From: Candidatus Bathyarchaeia archaeon
Lineage (GTDB): Archaea > Thermoproteota > CALKCG01 > B24
Assembly: GCA_038870975.1 (NCBI GenBank)
Contig: JAVZJD010000001.1
Location: forward strand, 1,001,966-1,065,965
Length of the DNA: 64,000 nt
Reading direction: 5' to 3'
Numbering within the stretch: position 1 is the stretch's first letter; each line of letters begins with the position of its first letter. The notes below the pieces were generated by a model. It had not been told where the DNA came from. It worked only from the letters and a program-made list of their open reading frames with translations, and ran no database searches. Made by a program: the position numbers and the translations under genes. Of the stretch, positions 1-10,270 are shown in pieces.

Positions 1-30
1 CCATTTTTCTTTTTTAAAAATAAAAATGGT

Positions 31-681
31 TTAAGCTTTCTGAGAATGTTTAGTCGATGTCTTGAATTTCGATAAAGCTATTAACACTACTCCAATGCAT
101 GCAACGGCTAAACCTATCAACGGCTCAGGTCTCCTCACATGAACCATGACTATTCTATCGGTTTCAAAACCCGTGACAGCCCATCCCCACATGTATACAT
201 GCAATTCTAGCACATGCTTACCAGCTTTAATTTCCGGAGTTGCCCATTTAGATCCAACGGTTTGCCCCCACCTTGTCTCCCAAGCATCTATTACCAATTC
301 ACCGTCTATGTATAGTCTAGCGCCATCGCTGCTGATGGCTTCAAATTTTACAAATCCATCTACAGGCATTTCTATTTCAGCTTTAGCTATAAAGCCCATC
401 TGTCCTCCATAGCCTCCAAATACGGCCCCATCACCCCAATTATACCAGAATGTAGCTGGGAATGTTCCGTTTCCTAGGAGTAAAGCAGAATTCGTCAGAT
501 AGTCTTCAGAAAATCCTTCACTGGTGGGCTCGGAGAGAAGATAATACCATGTTACATTCCAGTCAGACACTTGAACTTTATACTCCGTCGGTACAGTTTC
601 TTCCTTAAGCGGTATGACGGCTAAAGCGATACCGACTGCAAGAATAACCACACCGACTTTAACAAGAGTATTCAATATCAT
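31..681 (-). CDS. Membrane-anchored PA14-domain protein (putative carbohydrate binding)
   Basis: Hydrophobic helices at both ends; PA14-like core SSDGARLYIDGELVIDAW...GKHVLEL. Confidence 0.7.
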   Translation of the reverse strand: MILNTLVKVGVVILAVGIALAVIPLKEETVPTEYKVQVSDWNVTWYYLLSEPTSEGFSEDYLTNSALLLGNGTFPATFWYNWGDGAVFGGYGGQMGFIAKAEIEMPVDGFVKFEAISSDGARLYIDGELVIDAWETRWGQTVGSKWATPEIKAGKHVLELHVYMWGWAVTGFETDRIVMVHVRRPEPLIGLAVACIGVVLIALSKFKTSTKHSQKA

Positions 682-770
682 CCACAGCTTAAGGTATAGT
701 TTCCTCGGTTTTTAAATATTAGCTTAAAGTTGCTAAGTTTTATAAACAGCCTGCGTTTAATAGTACGTTT

Positions 771-3700
771 ATGGTAGGAATGGGTATAGTTGAAGCTCTA
801 ATCGAAAAACTAAACGGTAAATATGAAGAGTTAAGCAGGTATAGAACTAGACTGCAGTGGAAGTTTTTCCAAGGTCGAGCCGTGGGAGCATACGACAAAA
901 ATTTCGACGACTCTTCTTGGGCTGATGTTAAACTCCCCATGATGGTCGACCTTAGGAAAGGTGAAGCATGGCTTAGATGCCGTGTAACGTTTCCAGATCG
1001 CGTGTCAAATATTCCAGTTGAAGGCTCTAAGGCTAAACTGTTCTCATCTGTTATGACTACTGGTGCTGAAATATACGTAGACTCTAAGCTTGTCTTATCG
1101 GCAGACTACTGGACGGAACTTAGAGGTCCTATGATTGTTTTAAGCGAAAATGCTAAACCAGGTGAGTCGCATCTGGTTGCTGTAAGGTTTTATCCATGTA
1201 CCGAACCCATAGGCGTACCTGAGTTTAACATCATATACAGCAATGTAGAGAACGTGCTTTTCGAAATAGACGCTTTTATGGAGGAGCTTAAATTTGCTAT
1301 GTTAATCCCCGGAGGCGATAAGGCTGTTGAAAAAGCAGCGGAGGATTTCAATCTAAGGGTTTTCGATGAAAGCTACGAAAAGTTACTGGATGAAATAGAG
1401 AGGGCTAGGAGTAAACTATCCTACCTGTCCAATGAGGTTAAGAAGTTTAAAGTACACTTGGTTGGTCATGCTCACATAGATATGAATTGGCTTTGGTCTT
1501 GGAGAGATACAGTTGAAACGATTAAAAATACGTTTAAAACAATGCTAGACCTTATGGATAAGTACCCTGTCTTCCACTTCTCACAGAGTCAAGCTGTCAC
1601 TTACATGGTAGCTGAACAATCATTTCCAGAGGTATTCAAACGTATACGTAAGAAGGTTGAAGACGGTAATTGGGAGGTTACAGCAGCTACATGGGTTGAG
1701 GCAGACTTAAACATGGGCGGCAATGAAGCTCTCATAAGACAGTTCCTCTACGGTAAGCGTTACTCTAAGAATAAGTTGGGTGTAGATGTTGAAGTCTGTT
1801 GGGAGCCTGACACCTTTGGCCATCCGTTAACAATACCCCAGATAGTGAGGAAATCCGGTATAAAGTACTACTACTTTATGAGGTGTGGTCGAGGCTTTCC
1901 AATGTTCTGGTGGGAGGGTATTGATGGTTCAAAGGTACTCGCTTTCAACAGCGTATACAATAACACAGTATACCCTAGAACGGTCTGCAGCATAGCTAGA
2001 GAAGTCTTCGAAAAACACGGTTTAAAGACGAGTATGTTCGTATACGGTGTTGGAGACCACGGTGGAGGACCGACATTAGAAGACATAGAAATAGCCCTTA
2101 AAATGCTGAATAAGCCCCTCCTACCAACAATAATCTTCAGTTCGGCTCGAGAATTCTTCAGAGAGGTTGAAGAAGAGATTAAGCTTAAGGATAAGGAATT
2201 ACCCGTTGTAAAAGGCGAGCTTAACTTCACATTCGACGGATGCTATACAACTCACGGTGATATAAAACGGTATAATAGGATTTGCGAGAGGATGCTTGTA
2301 GATGCTGAGAAAATATGCTGTATCGTAAATCTATATCCTAGGGATAAACTTGCAGACGCCTGGCGTAAGACTCTCTTCAACCAGTTCCACGACATTTTAG
2401 ACGGGAGTGGAATAGGTGAGACGTATGTGTACTCTAGGATGTTGGCTGAAGATGTTTTAAGATGCATTAGAGACGTTATAGACTCGGCTCTTGAGAAATT
2501 AGCTTCAAGTATCAAGTTTAAGGAAGAGGGTTTACCTATAGTCGTCTTCAATCCTTTAGCTTGGCCTAGACGCGGCGTTGTTAAAATTAAAATCCCCAGC
2601 CATTTAGTGCCCTCTAAACCAGTCGTAGTATCCCCCAGTGGTAAAGTTGAACCAGTTCAACTGTGTGAAGATGGCCTCGTATTTATAGCGGATGTTCCAG
2701 CCCTAGGATATTCTACATACTACCTTAAAGAGGGCTCAGTTGACGCGGGAGTCCTTGGTAAAAATCTTACGCTTGAAAACGAATTCTTCAGAATTACAAT
2801 CGATAACAGGACTGGGACGATAAGAGAGCTCTACGATAAGAAAGCTAATAGAACCGTCTTCAACAGATTTCAATACGAAGCTACACAGCCCAAGGAGAAC
2901 AACCTATTCCAAGTACTCCACGAAGCCCCCCATCCGATGTCTGCTTGGATAATAGGTGAGATAACTCACGTTGAGAACCTCATTAAACCCGAAGAGATCA
3001 AACTCATCGAGAATGGACCTGTAAGAGCAAGAATAAGAGTAGTCTACAAGTATCGTAGGTCGAGAATATGCTCTGATGTAATACTACTCAAGGGAATTCC
3101 AAGAATAGACTTCCAAGCGTTGATAGACTGGTGTGAATTTTCAAATGAAAACGTAGATGCGCCGATGCTTAAAGTCTCATTTACACCGATTCTAAAATCT
3201 ACTGGTAAAGCCGTTTTTGAAGTACCATTCGGCTACGCTGAAAGACCCGCGGACGGTTCTGAAGTCCCTGCGCTAAGATGGGTTGACGTCTCAGATGGAG
3301 AATACGGGTTAACCCTAATCAACAACTCTAAGTATGGTTTTGACGTATCTGGAAATACGATCAGAATGACGCTTGTTAGAACAAGCTATAGCCCAGATCC
3401 AACCCCAGACCAAGGCTTACATGAAGTAGCCTATTCATTATATCCGCATGAGGGGAATTGGACAGCAGCTTTAAGTTTTAGAAGAGGCTTCGAGCTGAAC
3501 CATCCACTTGAAGCAATAGCCGTGACAAAACCCTCAGGTATGAGGGGTATAAACCCCGAAGTAATGAGCTTCCTAGAGGTAGAACCTGAGAATATAGTTG
3601 TTACCTGCCTTAAGAAGGCCGAAGACTCGGAAGACATAGTCCTCAGATTCTATGAGGCTACTGGCTTAGAAACCGATGTAAAGCTGAAATTCGGATTCCA

Positions 3701-3830
3701 GGTTAAAGGTGTACAGGAGTTAGATTTGATTGAAAGACCGCTAAGTGGAGAATTTGCCGTAGAAGGCGATGCGTTCACTCTGCGGGTTAAACCGCTTGAG
3801 ATAAAGACGTTAAAGCTTAGAATGGTTTAG
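771..3830 (+). CDS. Glycoside hydrolase family 38 (alpha-mannosidase-like) with N-terminal beta-sandwich extension
   Basis: Zn motif GHAHIDMNWLW; WEPDTFGH; GVGDHGGGP; FNQFHDILDGS; C-terminal KKAED motif. Confidence 0.93.
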   Translation: MVGMGIVEALIEKLNGKYEELSRYRTRLQWKFFQGRAVGAYDKNFDDSSWADVKLPMMVDLRKGEAWLRCRVTFPDRVSNIPVEGSKAKLFSSVMTTGAEIYVDSKLVLSADYWTELRGPMIVLSENAKPGESHLVAVRFYPCTEPIGVPEFNIIYSNVENVLFEIDAFMEELKFAMLIPGGDKAVEKAAEDFNLRVFDESYEKLLDEIERARSKLSYLSNEVKKFKVHLVGHAHIDMNWLWSWRDTVETIKNTFKTMLDLMDKYPVFHFSQSQAVTYMVAEQSFPEVFKRIRKKVEDGNWEVTAATWVEADLNMGGNEALIRQFLYGKRYSKNKLGVDVEVCWEPDTFGHPLTIPQIVRKSGIKYYYFMRCGRGFPMFWWEGIDGSKVLAFNSVYNNTVYPRTVCSIAREVFEKHGLKTSMFVYGVGDHGGGPTLEDIEIALKMLNKPLLPTIIFSSAREFFREVEEEIKLKDKELPVVKGELNFTFDGCYTTHGDIKRYNRICERMLVDAEKICCIVNLYPRDKLADAWRKTLFNQFHDILDGSGIGETYVYSRMLAEDVLRCIRDVIDSALEKLASSIKFKEEGLPIVVFNPLAWPRRGVVKIKIPSHLVPSKPVVVSPSGKVEPVQLCEDGLVFIADVPALGYSTYYLKEGSVDAGVLGKNLTLENEFFRITIDNRTGTIRELYDKKANRTVFNRFQYEATQPKENNLFQVLHEAPHPMSAWIIGEITHVENLIKPEEIKLIENGPVRARIRVVYKYRRSRICSDVILLKGIPRIDFQALIDWCEFSNENVDAPMLKVSFTPILKSTGKAVFEVPFGYAERPADGSEVPALRWVDVSDGEYGLTLINNSKYGFDVSGNTIRMTLVRTSYSPDPTPDQGLHEVAYSLYPHEGNWTAALSFRRGFELNHPLEAIAVTKPSGMRGINPEVMSFLEVEPENIVVTCLKKAEDSEDIVLRFYEATGLETDVKLKFGFQVKGVQELDLIERPLSGEFAVEGDAFTLRVKPLEIKTLKLRMV

Positions 3831-3845
3831 TTTACGTATTGGAGG

Positions 3846-4826
3846 TTGATTTTGAAGTCTAGAGAGAGGGTTTTAAGGGCCTTAGACCTCGAAGAACCAG
3901 ATAGAGTTCCAATGTTTGAACTCGAGTTTCAATATCCCGAGCTTGTATGCGGTAAACCTTACATTTTATGGAGTGGCTACGGCTCATGGGAGCAGACGGT
4001 TTTCAGAGACATCTTAAGTAAGATGAAAATCGAAGAAGATATCGCTAAAGTCACGAGACACAATACTGAAGTCTTAGTTGAAACCTGTTCCAAGCTCGGT
4101 TACGACGTTTTCAGGCCATCCTTCGTACCAGATCCATTGGAGGCTATACGGTATGCTCGTAAAATAGCCCCCGACCTTGCAATAATGGGTAATAGTCCTG
4201 GAACAGGACTTGGAATACCAGACGGTAAGTCTATGTTTCACATAGTCAAGTGGACCTATACTAACCCTGAAGGTTTGAGAAGAATAGCTGAAGATAGAGT
4301 CCGTAGAAGCTTAGAATATATAAGGCTTCAAGTTGAAGCTGGAGCTGAAATAATCGTAGATTGTACAGACTATGCCCTTAAATCAGGCCCATTCTTCAAA
4401 CCAGAGTTTTATCATAAAGTAGTCTTTCCACTCATAAAAATCCTAGTTGATGAAGCTCATAGAGTAGGAGCTTTCTTCATTCAACATACGGATGGAAATC
4501 TATGGCCTATAATAGACGGTCTCATAAACACCGGGATCGACGCTTTACACTCGATAGATCCATCGGCTGGCATGAGCCTTAAAGAAGTTAAAGAAAAATA
4601 CGGAGATAGAATAGCTCTATGTGGTAATGTAGATGCTGCTAACACCCTCTTCCTAGGTTCACCTGAAGACGTGGCTTATGAAGCTAGAAATTGTATAAGA
4701 AACGCTGCCTACGGTGGTGGATATTTCCTAACGAGTAGCAACTGCATATACCGCGGGGTGCCAATCGACAATACGCTCGCACTCGTTAAAACAGGTTTAA
4801 AATATGGCCGTTATAAGCCGCTATAG
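3846..4826 (+). CDS. UroD/MtaA/CmuA-superfamily protein
   Basis: SRERV..AL..EEPDRVP; HTDGN; KEKYGD..LCGNVD; GGGYFLTSSN; GGAGG upstream of TTG. Confidence 0.88.
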   Translation: MILKSRERVLRALDLEEPDRVPMFELEFQYPELVCGKPYILWSGYGSWEQTVFRDILSKMKIEEDIAKVTRHNTEVLVETCSKLGYDVFRPSFVPDPLEAIRYARKIAPDLAIMGNSPGTGLGIPDGKSMFHIVKWTYTNPEGLRRIAEDRVRRSLEYIRLQVEAGAEIIVDCTDYALKSGPFFKPEFYHKVVFPLIKILVDEAHRVGAFFIQHTDGNLWPIIDGLINTGIDALHSIDPSAGMSLKEVKEKYGDRIALCGNVDAANTLFLGSPEDVAYEARNCIRNAAYGGGYFLTSSNCIYRGVPIDNTLALVKTGLKYGRYKPL

Positions 4827-5497
4827 TAAAGGTCCTTTAGAAGTCTCGGGAGCTCTCCTACGCTATCTATCACGTAGTCAGCTCCCGCCTCCTTTAAAAC
4901 TTCTCTAGTAGCAACACCCGACGTAATGCCGATAGATACCACCCCTGCTTTCAAGGCGGCTTTAATGTCTATGGTACTGTCGCCGACCATAATGGCCTCC
5001 CCTCTTCTTAGATTGAGTTTTGAAAGCGCGTATTTGATAGGTTCAGGGTTAGGCTTCATGGCTTTAACGTGTTCTCTTGCAACGATCAACTCGAAGAAGT
5101 TTCCGATGTTGAGTTTTGAAAGCGTAAGAATCGTAGCATTAAAACAATTGTTAGTTACTATTACTAGTTTAAGCCTCATACGTTTCAATTCGCTTAAGGC
5201 TTCGTAAGCCCCTTCTAAAAGCTCCGGGTTTGAAGCCGCCTCCAGCTCGTATTTTTCGGCTATTTCAAGACTGAGGGCTAACAGCTGTCTATACCTATGG
5301 GCTTCCCCTATCTTCTCCATGTAATTTTTCACCACCTCTAAGCTCTCGTAAAGGCTTAATCTGGAATCTAGCAAGTATTCTGGCACTCCATTAATCTTAA
5401 GCGTTTTAAAGACTTCGGCCTTCGCATCCATATATCTATACTTCAATTTAACTATGGTCCCATCTAAGTCTAAGAAAACAGCTTTTAGCAATCGCAC
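4811..5497 (-). CDS. HAD-superfamily hydrolase (phosphoglycolate phosphatase-like)
   Basis: DLDGT, VTNN, KPNPEP and MVGDSTID motifs. Confidence 0.9.
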   Translation of the reverse strand: MRLLKAVFLDLDGTIVKLKYRYMDAKAEVFKTLKINGVPEYLLDSRLSLYESLEVVKNYMEKIGEAHRYRQLLALSLEIAEKYELEAASNPELLEGAYEALSELKRMRLKLVIVTNNCFNATILTLSKLNIGNFFELIVAREHVKAMKPNPEPIKYALSKLNLRRGEAIMVGDSTIDIKAALKAGVVSIGITSGVATREVLKEAGADYVIDSVGELPRLLKDLYYSGL

Positions 5498-5576
5498 TCA
5501 CAGTTCTTCAATGATACTCTTAAATTTATCCTTTAAGGTTTGTTTAACAGAGTTGAGTAGACGTCGGGAAAAAATT

Positions 5577-6410
5577 ATGGATAGAGTTTACAGGGAGATC
5601 TTCCCAGAGCTTGAATTCGGCAAATTTAAAAGTATTGAAGTGATTGGTGATATAGCGATAATTAAAATTCCAAGGGAGCTTGAACCGTACAGGTTTAAAA
5701 TAGGTGAAGAAGTCTTAACGCACATGCCTTCGATTAAAACAGTCCTTAGACAGCTTTCACCGACATTGGGACCTTACAGAATTAGAGGTTTTGAGTGGCT
5801 TGCAGGAGAAAATAAGACGTTAACGTATCATAGAGAGCATGGTTGCATTTTTAAAGTCGACCTTTCTAAAGTCTACTTTTCACCTCGGCTATTGTTTGAA
5901 AGACTTAGAATAGCCAAACTTACGAAACCGAATGAGGTGGTTGTAAACATGTTTGCTGGTGTTGGATGCTTCTCCATAATCATAGCTAAACATAAACCTG
6001 TATTAAAAGTCTATTCTATAGATGTAAACCCTGACGCATATGAACTTATGGTTGAGAATATAAAACTCAACAGGGTTGAAAGCATCGTCAAACCAATACT
6101 TGGAGACTCTAAAAACATCGTTGAAAATATGCTTATGGGTTCTGCGGATAGAGTCTTAATGCCCTTACCAGAGCTTGCCTACGACTATTTACCTTCAGCT
6201 GTTTTATGTTTAAAAGACCGCGTGGGATGGATACACTACTACGACTTTATTAAGGTTCATCCCGGCGAAAAACCCGCCGAGAAACTTTCTGAAAGGGTCT
6301 CTAAAATGCTCAACACTATCACACCACACTGGAGTATAGAAAACTCTAGGATTGTGAGAACTGTAGCATCTAGAACCTATCAGGTCGCGTTGGACATACA
6401 TATTGGTTGA
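5577..6410 (+). CDS. trm5: Trm5/TYW2-family tRNA methyltransferase (short form)
   Basis: IGDIAII, EHGC.FKVDL.KVYFS.RL..ER.RI, MFAGVG, D.NPDA, DRVLMPLP; start moved to ATG 5577 to avoid overlap with the HAD gene. Confidence 0.85.
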   Translation: MDRVYREIFPELEFGKFKSIEVIGDIAIIKIPRELEPYRFKIGEEVLTHMPSIKTVLRQLSPTLGPYRIRGFEWLAGENKTLTYHREHGCIFKVDLSKVYFSPRLLFERLRIAKLTKPNEVVVNMFAGVGCFSIIIAKHKPVLKVYSIDVNPDAYELMVENIKLNRVESIVKPILGDSKNIVENMLMGSADRVLMPLPELAYDYLPSAVLCLKDRVGWIHYYDFIKVHPGEKPAEKLSERVSKMLNTITPHWSIENSRIVRTVASRTYQVALDIHIG

Positions 6411-6464
6411 ATGCTTAGATTTAAAAGGGTCTCTTCTTCAAAATTTCTAGAGGAGGTTGATATT

Positions 6465-6590
6465 ATGAGCGTTGAAAGAAAATGTGCAAACTGCGCCAAT
6501 GCAAAGCCTAGGAAAGGTGAATTATACTGTTCCCTTCTCAAACAAAAGGTCTCTCAAGACTACAAATGTGGAAAATTCAAGCCTAAATAA
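6465..6590 (+). CDS. 41-aa four-cysteine microprotein (putative Zn ribbon), not in ORF track
   Basis: AGGAGGT at 6451-6457; translation MSVERKCANCANAKPRKGELYCSLLKQKVSQDYKCGKFKPK*. Confidence 0.72.
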   Translation: MSVERKCANCANAKPRKGELYCSLLKQKVSQDYKCGKFKPK

Positions 6591-6601
6591 AGCTAAGAAC
6601 A

Positions 6602-7450
6602 TCAAGTTAATACCTCAAATTCTCTACCAAATATCAGCTTAATATTCATCCTCCTACACTCTTCTTTTAAATACTCTAAAACATCCTTAGAAGCATTACC
6701 AACTGCCAGAAGCTTCAACATAGCCTTCTTTCCAGCCAATTTCTCCGCAATCTCAATTCTCTCAGAAAGCTTATTAAGCTCATTTCTAGCCACATCTAAA
6801 TTTTCCAAGTACAATGTAACCTCACCGACAACTAAAGGATCCTCAGAGAAAACATTCACCTCGTAAATTCTCCCATCGTGGAGGAGAACCTTTCTATCTA
6901 TTTCCACATCAAAATAACCCATATTTTCAAGCATAAGTTTCACAAATGAACAAGTATAATGTTCAAAAGTCACGTTTAAAGCCTTACCAAAAGTTTCAAA
7001 AGAGGCTCTAAGTCTCCTCTGCTCCTCCCTCATTTCTCTGAAATCTCTCCTAAGTTCCCGAACTTCTTCCCACAACTTGGTTACATTCTCCCAAAGCTTT
7101 TCTTGGCCCTCTCTCAACGCTTTAACTTCCATCCACAGCTTCTCCTGTTCAGCTCTAAGGCTTTTCAACTCTTCTCTATGCTCCTCGAAACGCTTATTGT
7201 AGTCTTCTCTCAACGCTTTAACTTCCATCCACAGCTTCTCCTGTTCAGCTCTAAGGCTTTTCAACTCTTCTCTATGCTCCTCGAAACGCTTATTGTAGTC
7301 TTCTCTCAACGCTTTAACTTCCATCCACAGCCTTCTGAGCTCCTCCATCAACTCCCTTAAGCCAAGTAAACCAGCTACAGCAAATCTGAATTCTTCATCT
7401 TCTTCGAGAAGCCTTAACAACTCTTTTTTAAGAGACATACTATATGACAT
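6602..7450 (-). CDS. Coiled-coil repeat protein with C-terminal PD-(D/E)XK-like domain (DUF3782-like archaeal family)
   Basis: N-terminus LKKELLRLLEEDEEFRFAVAGLLG; long heptad repeats; YEVNV...VVGEVT. Confidence 0.75.
   Translation of the reverse strand: MSYSMSLKKELLRLLEEDEEFRFAVAGLLGLRELMEELRRLWMEVKALREDYNKRFEEHREELKSLRAEQEKLWMEVKALREDYNKRFEEHREELKSLRAEQEKLWMEVKALREGQEKLWENVTKLWEEVRELRRDFREMREEQRRLRASFETFGKALNVTFEHYTCSFVKLMLENMGYFDVEIDRKVLLHDGRIYEVNVFSEDPLVVGEVTLYLENLDVARNELNKLSERIEIAEKLAGKKAMLKLLAVGNASKDVLEYLKEECRRMNIKLIFGREFEVLT
7110..7331. repeat. Perfect in-frame 96-bp tandem repeat, about 2.3 copies
   Basis: Units start at 7110, 7206 and 7302; each encodes LWMEVKALREDYNKRFEEHREELKSLRAEQEK. 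Confidence 0.97.
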
Positions 7451-7662
7451 CGTATTTAATCAACTATTTAAAGCTGACGTAAGTCTCTTAATGTAATTTA
7501 GGGTTTATCCTTTCCTTTTATTAGGATCCTTGAATGTAATAAAGTATTTAAACACTTTTCTTGTTAATTAATTTTTAATTATATGTACACAAAAATGAAT
7601 CTCTTATATTGAATTTTCTCATCGTAATATTTAATTTCAGTACATTATTTCTTAAATTTGCC

Positions 7663-9180
7663 CTATATATTTAAGATTTTCATGATTATTTTCGCGAATC
7701 TTTCTCCAACAATTGCCCTTATTAATTGAGCATCCTCTTTGCCTATACAATTTAACGCTCTTACTAACGCTATGTATATTGAGGCTCCAATAATGACGTA
7801 TAGCGGAAGCAATAGGTTGTTTTGTAGGATTTGTTGTAGTGTCAGTACTCCCACTGCCATAATTGAAGAAGATATTAGCGTTTTTAAAGCCATCTGTTTA
7901 TCTACTTCTATTTTAACTATTCTTGATGTATAATAGAATGATAGTGTAAACGAAGCCATGAGCGAGAGCCCTCTTACTATTGTCAATCCGATTAAGTTTA
8001 ACCTCCAGAGTAGGGGGAAGAAGACTAAACTTACAGTAATGGAAACCACGTCCAACAATAGTATGGTCTTTGTCCTCCCATAGACTAGTAGTAAACTGCT
8101 AAACGATGGCAATATTCCATAAACTAGTCCAAATATTGAGAGGATTGCGAGAACACTCCACGCATCAGAATACTGTGCACCAGCAAACAATGTAATTACA
8201 GGTTTAGCTACAACCGCCAAGCCGGATGCTAATGGAAACATTATAAGCATCGTGTATTTACTTGCGTGTTTCACACTTTCTGATATTGCTTTATGGTCGT
8301 TTTTTCCATACATTACTCCATAGTATGGGAGGAGTGAAGAACCAAGAGATGATGCTATCGTAATAAGTACTGAGAATGCCTTGTAAGCTACGTTATACAT
8401 GCCAAGCTGCTGAATTGGTAAAAACATCAGGATTAACGCTTTATCATACCAAGTGTATAAGAGTGAAACTATGGATCCTAAGTATATTGGCGTGGAGAAT
8501 TTTAACATGCTGGGTAACAGTTCAATCGACTCATTTATTACATCTTTACTGAAGTTTACATGTTTTAAAGTCGATATAGCGAGGATTGTGAAAAGAGTTA
8601 AATCTCCAACGATCCAACCGTATATTACGCCGATTAACCCATATCCATTGAAGAGGAATAGTGTTGTAGACACCCATCTTATAGATGTATAGAAAATACC
8701 ATAAATTGCCATCTTCTTCAATCTACCTGAACCCCAGAGAATACTGTTCAACAGGGAAGATATAGATAGAAAGACAACATTTACTGTAGCGAGTGTTAAG
8801 ACCTTCGAGTAAACTGGTGTTTTGAATAAGGCTTCAGAAACCTGTGTTGATAATACAACGACTGGCAGGGTAGCAGTTAATATTAAAACGAGTCTAAGCA
8901 TTAAGGCGGAGAGTATATGCTTCGAGTAGTCTAAACCCCTACCAATATCTTCAGATATGAACCTTGCGATTGAAGGTGAAATCCCCAAGTCTATTCCAGT
9001 TTGAATAAGCGAACATAGCATTGTAACACCTGCTATTACACCCATCTCCTCTTGAGTTATAACTCTGGCCATGTAGGCGTATCCTAGGACGCCTATCAAC
9101 GTTGAGAAGATATTCTGTAGAGTAAGATATGCTGAACCTACTGCAACGCTTGTTATGCTAAGTTCAGTAGCTTCGGCCAA
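7663..9180 (-). CDS. Oligosaccharide flippase (Wzx/MOP family)
   Basis: About 14 TM segments; DLGIS..IARF; YDKALI...LG.YNVAY motifs. Confidence 0.88.
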   Translation of the reverse strand: MAEATELSITSVAVGSAYLTLQNIFSTLIGVLGYAYMARVITQEEMGVIAGVTMLCSLIQTGIDLGISPSIARFISEDIGRGLDYSKHILSALMLRLVLILTATLPVVVLSTQVSEALFKTPVYSKVLTLATVNVVFLSISSLLNSILWGSGRLKKMAIYGIFYTSIRWVSTTLFLFNGYGLIGVIYGWIVGDLTLFTILAISTLKHVNFSKDVINESIELLPSMLKFSTPIYLGSIVSLLYTWYDKALILMFLPIQQLGMYNVAYKAFSVLITIASSLGSSLLPYYGVMYGKNDHKAISESVKHASKYTMLIMFPLASGLAVVAKPVITLFAGAQYSDAWSVLAILSIFGLVYGILPSFSSLLLVYGRTKTILLLDVVSITVSLVFFPLLWRLNLIGLTIVRGLSLMASFTLSFYYTSRIVKIEVDKQMALKTLISSSIMAVGVLTLQQILQNNLLLPLYVIIGASIYIALVRALNCIGKEDAQLIRAIVGERFAKIIMKILNI

Positions 9181-9310
9181 GATTTACACCATTATTTACC
9201 AGTCGGTTTTTAAAACACTTAACATATGAAGTTTCAACGTTTTCCATATAAATATTTAGCAAAGCCAGCTTCAATCGCCAACACTCCTCTAATTCACCTA
9301 AAAATAAAAG

Positions 9311-9790
9311 GTGTTCGTCACGTTATGGAAATGTTTAAAGACTACCAGTGATATTATTATGCGAATGTCTGAAGACGAAATAAGAAAGACGCTTAAAAAT
9401 CTTAGTGAGAAGATGGATAATATCATCGCGAGACTGGACTACTTGGAACAAATTATAGCCAGATACCCGGATTTGGCATCTCTGTCTGAGGTGGTTTTCT
9501 GGTTTAAAACTGGTCTGAAAATCTATGATGAGCCTTTAAAAGTTTTAAACAGACTTCTATCCTTAGGCGAGGTGATGGACGAAAAAATCGACGAAATATC
9601 TAGAGTCATAGTGCAATCTCTGGCCTTAAGAGGGAGTATGAATATTTCACAGCTCACTAGAGAGGTTAAAGCTCAGAGGGGAAAAGCGTCTAGGAGGACT
9701 GTGAGGGCTAGGTTGAAAGCGCTAATTGAGAAAGGACTCGTTGAGAAATCCGGTCATTACTTCCAGCTAGCTCGGAGGAAAACTGGTTGA
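9311..9790 (+). CDS. Coiled-coil plus C-terminal winged-HTH protein (true start probably near 9359-9366)
   Basis: MNISQLTREVKAQRGKASRRTVRARLKALIEKGLVEK. Confidence 0.75.
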   Translation: MFVTLWKCLKTTSDIIMRMSEDEIRKTLKNLSEKMDNIIARLDYLEQIIARYPDLASLSEVVFWFKTGLKIYDEPLKVLNRLLSLGEVMDEKIDEISRVIVQSLALRGSMNISQLTREVKAQRGKASRRTVRARLKALIEKGLVEKSGHYFQLARRKTG

Positions 9791-9942
9791 TATACATCTG
9801 AGAATGGAATCTTCAATCCATCATATTACAACCGTATTAGGCTCCATTGGATTATTCTTCTGACATATATCCATTTTCTGGCCACTTTTACCCATCAAAC
9901 TTAAGTAATCTATCCAAGCTCATTATAGGCTGAGGTGGTATT

Positions 9943-10260
9943 ATGGCATCGGAATCTGAAAAGGAAGAGTTGAAAGCAGTCGCAGAATTCATAAAAGAAC
10001 TGTCGAATGTAGTGCCAAACATGGTTAAAGGCATTTTAGAAAGCTTCTTTAGCGAAGAGGCTGGAAGGTCGATGGGGAAAGCAGTCGGCAACTTCTACAA
10101 TGAGCTTGTAAAATCTGGAATTCCTCCGCAAACAGCCGTAGACATGGCTAGAGAATACTTAGAGACTCTAACAAAATGGAGCGATATTTTAAAGACCCTG
10201 CAAATCCATGCGCCGCCGAAAAGAGAAGCTAAAGAGGTAGAAGTGCTTAAAGAAGAATAG
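9943..10260 (+). CDS. Hypothetical helical protein
   Basis: GAGGTG upstream; 105 aa; FYNELVKSGIPP motif. Confidence 0.8.
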   Translation: MASESEKEELKAVAEFIKELSNVVPNMVKGILESFFSEEAGRSMGKAVGNFYNELVKSGIPPQTAVDMAREYLETLTKWSDILKTLQIHAPPKREAKEVEVLKEE

Positions 10261-10270
10261 CAATAGGTGA

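Noticed and set aside
7110-7331. Repeat considered as a CRISPR array
   Set aside because: No unique spacers; it is an in-frame coding repeat
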